64,000 nucleotides of DNA from Eledone cirrhosa (Eukaryota). Made by a program: the position numbers and the translations under genes. Shown here piece by piece: positions 13,511-24,855 of this stretch (positions within the stretch are counted from its first letter, which is position 1; the number at the start of each line of letters is the position of its first letter). Where the stretch lies: positions 117,180,001 through 117,244,000 of the forward strand of contig OZ024744.1 in the NCBI GenBank assembly GCA_964016885.1, in the 5' to 3' direction. A model generated the notes under the pieces. That model saw only the letters and a program-made list of their open reading frames with translations, did not search any database and had not been told where the DNA came from.

Positions 13511-13629
13511 CTGTGGCACAGATTTGAAAGCGGATGATTTATTTCGCTTTTTCCTATTGATATCTGATTTATGGAGTTTGTACTCACATTCAGCATCACG
13601 TTCAACTATCTAATATATAATGAATCCAC

Positions 13630-13800
13630 CACCCTTACTTTGAATAAATAATGAATGAATATTATATAATTCATCTACTAAATTTGTTACCTGTTGATTA
13701 AATATAAATAATCTTGCATATAAAATATATTGCTTATTTCAAGATTTACTTTTTTTTTAATTTTCAAATGTCAACATTTCTGTTAGTGTCCGTGATATCA
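13630..13800. repeat. Dispersed AT-rich repeat, similar copy at ~18045-18190
   Basis: Shared TGAATAAAYAATGAATGAATATTATATAATT..CTACTAAATTT..TTTTCAAATGTCAACA. Confidence 0.6.
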
Positions 13801-14116
13801 GAACTTTGCCATACGCTATGTTTTCTTTGTTAATATAAACGTTCATATATTTGCGTCGTTCTATCATAATGTTTATATTTCCGTTGCTAATCTTATTTTC
13901 TCCTTTTTCCATTTTCATAACATTTTGCTGTAATGTTTGTTGTTGTTCTTCTTCGATTTTATAAAATTAGTATCAATAAACCTAATCACTATCATTCCCA
14001 ACTACCAATTTAACCTAAATAAAAAAAATGTTTTGATAATCCAAAACAGAGAAAGCAGGCTTTGCTAACATCAATCTTTAACATCAATTTTTGTACATTT
14101 TATAAGGATCCTTTAT

Positions 14117-16235
14117 ATCATCATCATCATCATCATCATAATTGTTTAACGTCCATCTTCCAAGCTTGCATGGGTTTGGATGGGAGTTTTCCCACTTGAG
14201 GCAAGATTAGTTGTCTTGCTCAGGACTGTCTGGCGGGTTTTCTACGGCTGGATGCCCCTCCTAACACCAACCACGTTTACAGTGTGGACTGGGAGGTTTT
14301 TACCGTGTTGCCTACACGGCTACATTACAGCGTGGACTGTGTGTTTTTTTTTTGTGAAACCTACACAACCTCATTTGTTTCGGACTGGATGTTGTGGTAC
14401 CAACATAACTTTACATCGAAAGGGGTGGTGTAGATGGCGGTGGGGGTAGGGTTAGTGGGACGGGGGTGTATTTTGGTTAAGAGGTGCCTACTGACTGTAG
14501 GTTTCGCTTTGTACTTAGGCGAGGCAGGTCTTCTGTATTACGGTGTAGCGCCAAAGATCTCGGTCCAGTGACATTGTCTTGGAGAGGTGTAAGTGTGTGA
14601 GGTCGGAATTTATCAAGTCGTCCCAGGTTTTTCTGGGTCTGCCTACTCCGTGGCTACCGTCTATTTTTATTGCCCTGCACTTTTTTATACAGCTGTCATC
14701 TTTCATGCACATCACGTGACCGTACCAACGTAGTCTTCTCTCAAGTAAGCAACATCTGATCCCTCTTATTCCTAATTTCTCCCTTAGTTCATTTATGCTT
14801 TGCCGTTCATGTATATTACTATTACACACCCAACGGAGCATGCAAGCTTCGTTCCTCTCCAGTCTGCGTAGATCCTCTGCACACAATGCCCAGGTCTCAC
14901 TGCCATGTAACATTGCTGTTCATATGCAGGCATCATACAGCCTGCCTTTCATTTTTAGAGAGAACCCTTTAGCGGCCAATAGTGGTATAAGCTCTCTGAA
15001 CTTTTCCTATCCCGTTCTGACTCTAGCTACTGTACTTTCAGAGCACCCTCCACCACTGCTCATTTTGTCACCCAGGTAACGGAAGGTGTCCACTATTTCT
15101 ATAGAACCATCTGTGCAATGGAATGAGCTAGTATTCTGTGGGCATTTGCTGCTACTAATTGCACCTGAGCACCGGCCACATATAAAATCTATATTCTTAG
15201 TCAGCTAACCTGTGATCCCACTACATCTTTTATGCACCCATACTTTGCATTTGGGACATAAAATTGAATTTCTGCCTACTCCTTTCCTACACACTGAGCA
15301 TGGTCATTTCCCAGATGGGACCAGTGCCCTCTTTTCCTTCATACAAACTAGAACTTTAGTCTTAGACAGGTTAATTTTAAGGCCTGTTGATTCTAGGCCA
15401 TGCTTCCATGTTTGGAATTTCTTCTCTAGTTCAGCCATTGATTCAGCTATGAGCGTTAGATCATCCGCGTATAGAAGTTCCTATTGGCAGCCGGTCTTGA
15501 ACTCCTCTGTTATAGCCTGAGGGGCAATAATAAATAGTAGGGGGCTAAGGACGGAGCCCTGATGAACACCAACTTTTACGCTAAACTCTTCACTATATTC
15601 GTTATTAATTCTAACCTTGCTGACTGTTTCTTTATACATGGCTTGTATAGCTCTCACAAGCCATTCATCTACACCTAGTTTTCTAAGGGCCCACCAGATA
15701 ATAGAGTGGGGTACTCTGTCAAAGGCTTTCTCCTAGTCAACAAAAGCTAAGTATAGGGGTTTACTTTTAGCTAGGTACTTCTCCTGTAGTTGTCGTACAA
15801 TGAAAAGAGCGTCTGTGGTACTTTTACCTGACACAAACCCGAACTGCATTTCGTCTAGATCAATTCGTTCTCTGATTAGTTGCGCTATAACTTTTTCTGT
15901 GACCTTCATGACCGGGTCAATTAATTTAATGCCTCTATAGTTTCCCCTATCTAGGGCATCTCCTTTACCCTTGTAGCAGTTAATGATGATGCTGCTGCGC
16001 CAGTCCTTCGGAACGACCCCATTCTCTATGACTTGGTTTACTATCCGGGTGACCATAGTGTGTCCCACCGTTCCAGATGCTTTCAGCATTTCAGCAACTA
16101 TTTCCGAAGGCCTAGCCGCCTTGCCCGTCTTCATGTCTTTGATCACCTTACTTATTATACTACCTTCAACTTGCACTGCTGGTCCCTTTATTGGATCGAT
16201 GTGGGAGAGACTGTCTTTCTCCCAATTATTCTCCT
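14117..16235 (-). mobile_element. RTE-clade LINE, 5'-truncated and decayed
   Basis: NYRGIKL, MQFGF, AFVD, MLHGSETW, RRLRWYGHV, GRPRKTW; (TGA)n tail at 14117-14140. Confidence 0.9.
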
Positions 16236-16251
16236 CATATATATATCATAT

Positions 16252-16445
16252 ATCATCATCATTTTACGTCCGCTTTTCCCTGCTTGCAAGGGTGGGACGG
16301 GAACTGATTCTGGCTTGATTTCTACAGCTGGATGCCCTTCCTAACACCAACCTCATTTACAGTGAGTGCTGGCTGCTTTTTTGCCGTGGCACCTCCACGA
16401 CCACTTTGCAGTGGAATGATATGGACCCCAGTCCCTATCATCTCA
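16252..16445 (-). mobile_element. Truncated SINE with RTE-derived tail
   Basis: Matches the 3' part of the SINE at 24469-24846 (CTACAGCTGGATGCCCTTCCTAACACCAACC). Confidence 0.7.
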
Positions 16446-16454
16446 TATATATTA

Positions 16455-16580
16455 AGGCAGAACACTGGAAGGTAATATCCGTAGAGGTAGAGCACTCAGT
16501 CCATGGGACGAGTTTGGTAGAAGTAGTGATACAACAGTTAGTTCACCATAGTGAACTAACTGTTGTGTTATTACTTCTAA
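16455..16580. mobile_element. Penelope-like terminal fragment with fold-back; same family as 36386-36578
   Basis: Reverse complement of 36480-36575. Inverted arms at 16518-16546 and 16551-16579; flanked by TA repeats. Confidence 0.65.
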
Positions 16581-16706
16581 CTATATATATATATATACCA
16601 GGTGTTTTAAACCCTTTTTTTTATCATATTCCTTATAAATATAGATATAATTTTATCATATATATATATGTTAATGTTGTTTTATTTTATATTATATTTT
16701 CTGTAG

Positions 16707-16827
16707 TTGTAAGCTGGGCAGATGAACCACAGATAGCAGTGCCAGTAAAACCAATGGACAAAGACAATGACCAGTCACCTAAACACCAGTTCAGTCCAGA
16801 AGTTGCCACAGACTCCACAGAACCTCA
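16707..16827 (+). CDS. Possible isolated host exon (VSWADEPQIAVPVKPMDKDNDQSPKHQFSPEVATDSTEP)
   Basis: T-rich tract plus CTGTAG acceptor, GTCAGT donor, open frame, non-repetitive composition. No homology recognised. Confidence 0.3.
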
Positions 16828-17259
16828 GTCAGTATTAATTTTATTTCTATCTCTTATGATTTCTTACTAAACCTTTCTTCTGCAATACTAAAGTATGATT
16901 TAATATGTTTATATTTATCTAAAAATATTCCATTGAAATTATTTGAAAACCACAGGCAGTGTCTTTCTTCAGAAACATGATAATGAAATGGTTAAAGAGA
17001 TTATATTGATCTAAACATCTTCCTAAACATAATGTAATGTACAAACCTTTGTTAAGTTATATTCCAAACACCAGATTTTCAAAATTATTTAAAAACCATA
17101 GACAATACTTTCATGAGAAATATTGAAATGAAAAGGTTAAAACACCATTCTGAATGTGACCATGTCAAGGTCATTTGGTTTAACTTTTTACCTTTGACAG
17201 GGATATTATTACATTTCTAAGTTAACATAATGTCTTCTAAAGTCTGACACAAGCTCTGG

Positions 17260-17770
17260 GGATCTTCAGGTCAGTGCTTATCTCAGTTTCCATAGCAAAG
17301 AGTAACTGAGAGTACAAGACTTCCCTGGACAGGACACCAGTTCATTACTGGTTTTAATCTTCAGCTATTGCTGGTAGTTATTTTCAGCTGAGTATACTGG
17401 AACAAAATGAAATGAAGTGCCTTGTTCAAGAACACAACCCTGTCTAACACCCTTATCACTAGGTCACCACATACCTCCACTGTAGTATACAGTTGTAATG
17501 TGAAATGAAGTGTTTTGTTCAAGAACACAACACACAACCCAGTCTAACACCCTTACCACTAGGCCACCACATACCTCCACTGTAGTATACAGTTGTAATG
17601 TGAAATGAAGTGTTTTGTTCAAGAACACAACACACAACCCAGTCTAACACCCTTACCACTAGGCCACCACATACCTCCACTGTAGTATACAGTTGTAATG
17701 TGAAATGAAGTGTTTTGTTCAAGAACACAACACACAACCCAGTCTAACATCCTTACCACTAGGTCACTCA
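17260..17770 (-). repeat. CORE-type SINE whose head is amplified as a 100-bp tandem repeat (~3.3 copies)
   Basis: Minus-strand unit TGGCCTAGTGGTAAGGGTGTTAGACT..GTGTTCTTGAACAAAACACTTCATTTCACATT continues into the SINE body at 17260-17436. Confidence 0.75.
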
Positions 17771-18245
17771 ACTTCACAAGTTAACATAACAAATAAGAAG
17801 GTTCAATAGTCAATAGGTCAACAGACTTCCTGGCTATTTCATTAAATGCTAACAACAGGACTAACATATATCAATAAGAGAATTTCCTACATTTGGTCAA
17901 GGAAGTTTTTGATTGTTTAATCTCCAACGAGTTGAGCAGGTTTTATCAAGCACAGCTTCCCTACAATATAAACTATAATAAAGTAAGGAATACGGGACTG
18001 CGTACGGTTTATAATTTTTTTTATTCCATTAGTAAAATAAGTTTGATTACTTTGAATAAACAATGAATGAATATTATATAATTTATCTACTAAATTTTGT
18101 GGCTGTTGATTAAATATTTGTTATTGTTTATTTAAAGATTCACTTCTTTAAAATTTTCAAATGTCAACAGTTCCGGTTAGCGATCGCTTAAATAAATATT
18201 CCTGTATTTCTGTCACTAATTTTCTCCTAATACAGTTTATATAGA

Positions 18246-19600
18246 ACTAGCAGTTTAGCCCGGCATTGCTCAGGTTTGTTCATTTGCTATGAAAAGTTAC
18301 ATACAGGTAAACGTGGCTTGAAAGCGAATAAGCTTATCAATTAAGTGCATAAAGCAGTTGAACCGATTATTAAAAGTTACAAACCAATTAGCATTTTGGA
18401 CAATCAATGATGGGTTAAAATCTTCCAATAGCGAATTTAGCAGACCAAAGTTGCAAGATGGTGGCCCTGATGCCGCTGGGTGTCAGATCTGTCTGCCATG
18501 GGTGACCCTACCAGGAAATAGTTTTCCAGACGGCATAGCTCCAACACCTTCAACACCTGTACCAACACCTATAGCACCTCTTTGTAGACGATATTGCGTG
18601 TCATCCTTGAGGAGTGTAAGCAAAAAGTCCATTCCTGTTCCCTACGCGGGAACAGGCAACATAAAGTTGGCCATGGGAGAAGCATGGCTCCCCCAAATGG
18701 ATGCCCACCACCGATAATGTTTGCCCTTGTAACTTGTTAATGGACATGGCAAAACATGGTCTCACTGGGAATTGGGATCGCCGGAAATCGAACGGGATAT
18801 CTGACGCTGAGGGGAAAAGGTTTATCCTTGGCAGTGTATTCGGCAGAATTGCCAGAAGTACAACACTATGGGTGTTATCATATTCATATTTAACCAATTA
18901 AAGTCATAAAAAATAAATAATTTAAACATTCCAATTCATATGTCTATAGCATTAATCTGTTATATGAAGTGTTATTTTGTGGGTTGTTATTTGCAATAAG
19001 CCGATTGAAAATGCCCCAGAAAAGTCGTATGTCAATACGGAATTCCAATGACTCCCCCAGCAGTTAAATTATAGAGAGGGGGGATAATCTATTATAGAGA
19101 GAGGGAAGAATAATGGAGAGAGTAAAGCTAAGAAACTATAGGGAGGTGTGTAAAACAGTGTTGTCATATAGAGAGTGAAGAGCGACAGAGAGAGTAAAGC
19201 AGTTAAATTATAGAGAGAGGGAATAATCTATTATAGAGAGAGGGAAGAGCGACGGAGAGAGCGTTATGGCTATGTTAGTTGTTGTATAAAATGATGTGTT
19301 GCTTAGTTTTCAAAGTTTATGTTGCGTTCCAGAACAAATTTTTGTCGCTGTTGGGTAGTAGAGAGAGGAAATAAGTGTGTAAAAGAGAGGGTTACAGCAT
19401 GTATTTAGTTTTATCGATTTTTTTCATAGAAGCAGGACATTTTTTGCAAAGTTTATTACGCGTTGACCATCATTGGTAAATTTAGAGGACATTGGAAAAA
19501 AAATCATCAAAATCATCAAAATCGGTAGAGAAATGTGGAAATGCATAAAAATCATACACAGACACAGACAGACATCTTCTGTTTTATATATATAGAGATA
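18246..19600. mobile_element. Non-autonomous Helitron/Helentron-like element carrying a Pif1 helicase fragment
   Basis: End motif ACTAGCAGTTTAGCCCGGCATTGCTCAGG; other end ACAGACAGACATCTTCTGTTTTATATATATAG; internal helicase fragment. Confidence 0.65.
18601..18840 (-). pseudogene. Helitron Pif1-family helicase C-terminal fragment
   Basis: [38 protein letters not shown] matches Pif1 motifs V/VI. Confidence 0.9.
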
Positions 19601-19866
19601 TCATCTTTTTTTAATGTATCATGGATTACGTTACTGATTACATAAGACAGTGTAACACAGTCTTCGTTCAATTTTTGTGGATATTGTCAATTACGATTTT
19701 ATTTGATGTATCATATCTACATGTATATAAACTTGCATATAATATCAATATACACACTACACATGCTAGCACTACACATGCTACCCAAAGGGTAGTTTTC
19801 TGCTAGTCATAATAATGAACTTCTGACAGCTTCAATGTTTTTACTAAATCATCATTTTTTACTAAA

Positions 19867-21155
19867 TCTTCCTCTACTGTAGCTGTAGCTACCTTCCACT
19901 GGGAACTCCTGACACTTCTTCACCCAACACTCATCATCCATACACATCACATGTCTATACCAGTACAGTCTTCACTCACTACCCAAGTCTTCCTCTACTG
20001 TAGCTACCTTTTACTGGGAACTCCTGACACTACTTCACCCAACAATCACCATCCATACACATCACATGTCTATACCAGTGCATTCTTCTCTCTCTACCCT
20101 GGTCTTCCTCTACTGTAGCTACCTTCCACTGGGAGCTCCTGACACTTCTTCACCCAACAATCACCATCTATACACATCACATGTCTATACCAGTGCAGTC
20201 TTCTCTCTCTACTCAGGTCTTCCTCTACTGTAGCTACCTTCCACTGGGAACTCCTGACACTTCTTCACCCAACACTCATCATCCATACACATCACATGTC
20301 TATACCAGTACAGTCTTCACTCACTACCCAAGTCTTCCTCTACTGTAGCTACCTTTTACTGGGAACTCCTGACACTACTTCACCCAACAATCACCATCCA
20401 TACACATCACATGTCTATACCAGTGCAGTCTTCTCTCTCTAACCAGGTCTTCCTCTACTGTAGCTACCTTCCACTGGGAGCTCCTGACACTTCTTCACCC
20501 AACAATCATTATCTATACACATCACATGTCTATACCAGTGCAGTCTTCTCTCTCTAACCAGGTCTTCCTCTACTGTAGCTACCTTCCACTGGGAACTCCT
20601 GACACTTCTTCACCCCACAATCATCATCTATACACATCACATGTCTATACCAGTGCAGTCTTCTCTCTCTCCCCAGGTCTTCCTCTACTGTAGCTACCTT
20701 CCACTGGGAATTCCTGACACATCTTCACCCAACAATCATCATCTATAAAGATCACATGTCTATACCAGTGCAGTCTTCTCTCTCTACCCCGGTGTGCCTC
20801 TACTGTAGCTACCTTCCACTGGGAACTCCTGACACGTCTTCACCCAACAATCACCATCCATACACATCAGATGTCTATACCAGTGGTGCAGTATTCTCTC
20901 TCTCCCCAGGTCTTCCTCTACTGTAGCTACCTTCCACTGGGAACTCCTGACACATCTTCACCCAACAATCATCATCCATACACATCACATGTCTATACCA
21001 GTGCAGTCTTCTCTCTCTCCCCAGGTCTTCCTCTACTGTAGCTACCTTCCACTGGGAACTCCTGACACCTCTTCACCCAACAATCACCATCTATACACAT
21101 CACATGTATATACCAGTGCAGTCTTCTGTATCAACCCAGGTCTTCCTCTACTGCA
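19867..21155. repeat. 115-bp minisatellite (~11 copies) derived from the RTE ORF C-terminus
   Basis: Period 115. The minus strand reads like ERRLHWYRHVMCMDDDCWVKKCQEFPVEGSYSRGRP, homologous to the RTE at 25010-25125. Confidence 0.9.
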
Positions 21156-21689
21156 ACTTCCTTCCCCTTTGATCTGAAAGTACAGAGGGCTGAAATAAAT
21201 ACCACAAGGCAGTCAACCTAACACTCTAATATCATTTATTGTCTTATCTTGAATTGATCATAAAAGATATCTGATGGAATGTTACAACCCCCCCCCCCCC
21301 CACACACACACACACTTCTGTCTCTACCTCCCCCCTCCCCCCTATATCACTGTTGCTGTCTCAGGTTTCTTTTCACCTGGTGAAGTGATGGCAGGAATTG
21401 TGATGGTGGTGGTGGTGGTGGTTGTGATGATTGGAAAGTGGGGTGATGTGATAACAATTGTGCCATTACATCATAGAATGTCTGGGGACCCTCCTACACA
21501 CCTATATATATATATTGTGAGAGTAGTATTTTAGGTGGGGTGCAAAGATAGGTGAGGCGATGTGTGGGTGGTAAGGGGAGGTAACTCCACCCCCCACCCC
21601 CCGCCACACACACACATACACGCGATAATCATAGATAAATAAATATATTCCTACTTCTTAACTTCCTTCCTGATATACGATCTACTGAT

Positions 21690-21785
21690 TCTACTATTTG
21701 ATAATAAATATGTATGATTCACTCATATACATACACACACACAAACACATATATATATATACACTCACATACATGCATATACACG

Positions 21786-21826
<41 letters not shown>

Positions 21827-22360
21827 CCCATGCTAGCATGGAAGAACGGACGTAAAACGGTGATGATGATGATGATAATGATTCTCACATACATGCACAC
21901 ACACACACATATATACATATATATATATATACTCACATACATACATGTTCATATACATGCATACACACACATATACTACATATATATATATATACACTCA
22001 TATATATATATATGTATATACACATATATACAGATATACATACACACACACATATATATATACACACACATATACGTACATACATACACAAACCTACACA
22101 CATGCATATATATGTACTCACAAACACACACATATACACAATTACACTGACATATATATGTACTCACACACACATACACACACAATTACACATACTTCAA
22201 TCATCTTTTTTTTTTTACCCTTGAAATTATTCTTTATGAAGTTGATTGTAGTAGCAGTAGTAGTAGTAGTAGTAGTAGTGGTGATGGTGGTGGTATTGGT
22301 GGTATTGTTAGTAGTATTAGTAGTAGTAGTGGTGGTGGTGGTGGTGGTAGTGGTAGTGCT
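21690..22360. repeat. TA/CA and GTA/GTG microsatellites with a short RTE/SINE tail
   Basis: Visible; AACCCATGCTAGCATGGAAGAACGGACGTAAAACGGTGATGATG at 21825-21880. Confidence 0.85.
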
Positions 22361-22558
22361 TCAGAGGAGAACTTCGATGTGCAAATCTCATGGTTTTTCA
22401 TAACTGAAGGGTGTCTTTACCCCTTATATAAGTCAAAAGTAAAGATATATATATATATATATAGAGAGAGAGAACCATATATCGTAGAAAATACAGTATG
22501 TTGTATATATACTAAATACATATTTCAGATTCTTCTCTGTAATATGTATTTAGTATAT

Positions 22559-24312
22559 ACTAGCATTAAAGCCCGGCGTTGCTCAGGGTCATTAAGTTAC
22601 CAAAGTTAGGTTGCACCACCCATTTTATGGCATCACTTTTTTGTCTGCCAGGCACTGGGTGAATGAATTGCAGACCTGGAAGCATGAGATGCGCCAGCAG
22701 TGACAATTGTAGTTTCGCCTATGGATATTATCTCTGTGCAAAAAAGTGTTGAAATTTATTGTTTCACAGTACTTGCGCAACACGCGCGTAGACGATGCCA
22801 GCGAACAACAGAGCTGCGATGGAGTTGTTCTGCATGGTTGTCTGTGTGTTTTCTAAATTTAAGACAGTAGGGAGGGTTGTGATATGAGGGAGAGTTAGCT
22901 GTTGTTTCTAGCAGGTTTAGTGACCTCATAGAGGATATGTGTTTTCTAAATTTAAGACAGTAGGGAGTGGTGTGATATGGGAGAGAGTTAGCTGCTGTTT
23001 CTAGCAGGTTTAGTGACCTCATAGAAGATATGTTTTCTAAATTTAAGACAGTAGGGAAGGGTGTGATATGGGGGAGAGTTAGCTGCTGTTTCTAGCAGGT
23101 TTAGTGACCTCATAGAAGATATGTTTTCTAAATTTAAGACAGTAGGGAGGGGTGTGATATGGGGGAGAGTTAGCTGCTGTTTCTAGCAGGTTTAGTGACC
23201 TCATAGAAGATATGTTTTCTAAATTTAAGACAGTAGGGAGGGGTGTGATATGGGGGAGAGTTAGCTGCTGTTTCTAGTAGGTTTAGTGACCTCATAGAGG
23301 ATATTATTGTTTATCATTATCTATAAAAGGCAGATTGTTGTTGTTGTCGTGTGTGTACACATGTTCCATGTTTATACATTTGCACAATTTCAAACCGATT
23401 CGACTCAAAGTCTGTAAGAATCCACGTTTGTTGAGAGGTTTTAAAAAAGATTTATCGTTTGTTGTTGAATAAATGTACCTGTTGCTTTTGAATAATTGTT
23501 GTTTCGTATGAAATGTAATAATTGTTTCTACTTTTTTGGCACAAGGCCAGCAATTACCCAGTACATTACTGGTAGTTATGTAATAAAAAACGTTCTCTCT
23601 CTCTCTCCCTCTCACTCTCTTCTCTCTCTCTCTTCGGCAATCACGCACGCTGTTTAATTGCTTTAAATGTTTTTTTATCATTTGAAGTTAGTGTAAGAAA
23701 GGAAGTTAATGAATAGTCGTGTATTTGTGGTTATAAATCCTGCACGTTGTTTAATTGCTTTAAATTTTTTTTGATAAATTTATGTGAGTGTGTGTTTGTA
23801 TGTGTTTGTAAATAAATCATTAAGTTTGAAGCAACTAAAAGTTAGTGTGGTTATAAATCACGCATGTTGTTTAATTGCTTTAAATGTTTTTTTATCATTT
23901 GAAGTGAGTGTGTGTTTGTATGCGTTTGGAAATAAATCAGTAAGTTTGAAGTATAAAAGAGAAAGTAGCAAAATGTGTGGGTTGTAGATAGAGGGAAGCA
24001 GATGATATGAGAGAGTAAAACGGACAGTATCACCATCAAGCTTGGAAAGAGAAAGTAGCATAAAGTATGAAGTTGTATAGATTTTGAATGGTAATGGAAA
24101 GAGTTTAGCAGTTTAAATGAGAGAAAAATCGTAAAATATTGAGTTTTATCTATTTTTTGCGTAATTGTGGGTGAAATTGAAAAAATGATATGTGCCAAGA
24201 TGCAATCGAAGCTATTTCGAATACTGAATTGTAAATTTCAATTGAAGAAATTCTATATCGTAGATTTCTATAACAAATGAGCATGTCCATACACTGAGCT
24301 TTATAGATTATG
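22559..24312. mobile_element. Second non-autonomous Helitron-like element with nested repeats
   Basis: Starts ACTAGCATTAAAGCCCGGCGTTGCTCAGGG, like 18246; ends ..TACACTGAGCTTTATAGATTATG. Contains a minisatellite and a SINE tail (23515-23575). Confidence 0.55.
22845..23303. repeat. 91-93-bp minisatellite, 5 copies
   Basis: TTTTCTAAATTTAAGACAGTAGGGAGGG..TTAGCTGCTGTTTCTAGCAGGTTTAGTGACCTCATAG repeated. Confidence 0.95.
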
Positions 24313-24468
24313 ATGATACAACATACTGTATTTTCTACGATATATGCTTCTTTCTCTCTCTATATATATATATCTTTACTTTTGACTTATTATTGCTCTG
24401 GATAAAGTCTATTGAGCTTGTTTATTGAGAAGCACATAATTCTAACATTTAATATGTTATATATCTAT

Positions 24469-24846
24469 ATCATCATCATCATTATCACCGTTTTACGTCC
24501 GGTAGCATGGGTTAGAAGGGTTGTCTTGCTGTGGGCAGTGTTCGGTGGGCTGACCTTCTCTTGTTCATACGGCAACTGATTCTGACTTGATTTCTACAGC
24601 TGGATGCCCTTCCTAACACCAACCTCATTTACAGTGAGTGCTGGGTGCTTTTTTGCCGCGGCACCGCCACGACCACTTTGCAGTGGAATGATAGGGACCC
24701 CAGTCCTATCATCTCATTTCTACAGCTGAGTAAACTGGAGCAATGTGAAATAAAGTGTCTTGCTCAAGGAATCAACACATCACCCGGTCTGAGAATTGAA
24801 CTCGCATCCTTTCGATTGCAAGCCCAATGCTCTAACCACTAAGCCA
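24469..24846 (-). mobile_element. Full-length tRNA-head / CORE-like / RTE-tail SINE
   Basis: A box TGGCTTAGTGG, B box GAGTTCAATTC, CORE-like TCCTTGAGCAAGACACTT, RTE-like 3' end and (GAT)n tail. Confidence 0.85.
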
Positions 24847-24855
24847 TATATATAT

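Noticed and set aside
24780-24846. tRNA gene
   Set aside because: The A/B boxes belong to a SINE head continuing into CORE-like and RTE-tail sequence; no full cloverleaf.
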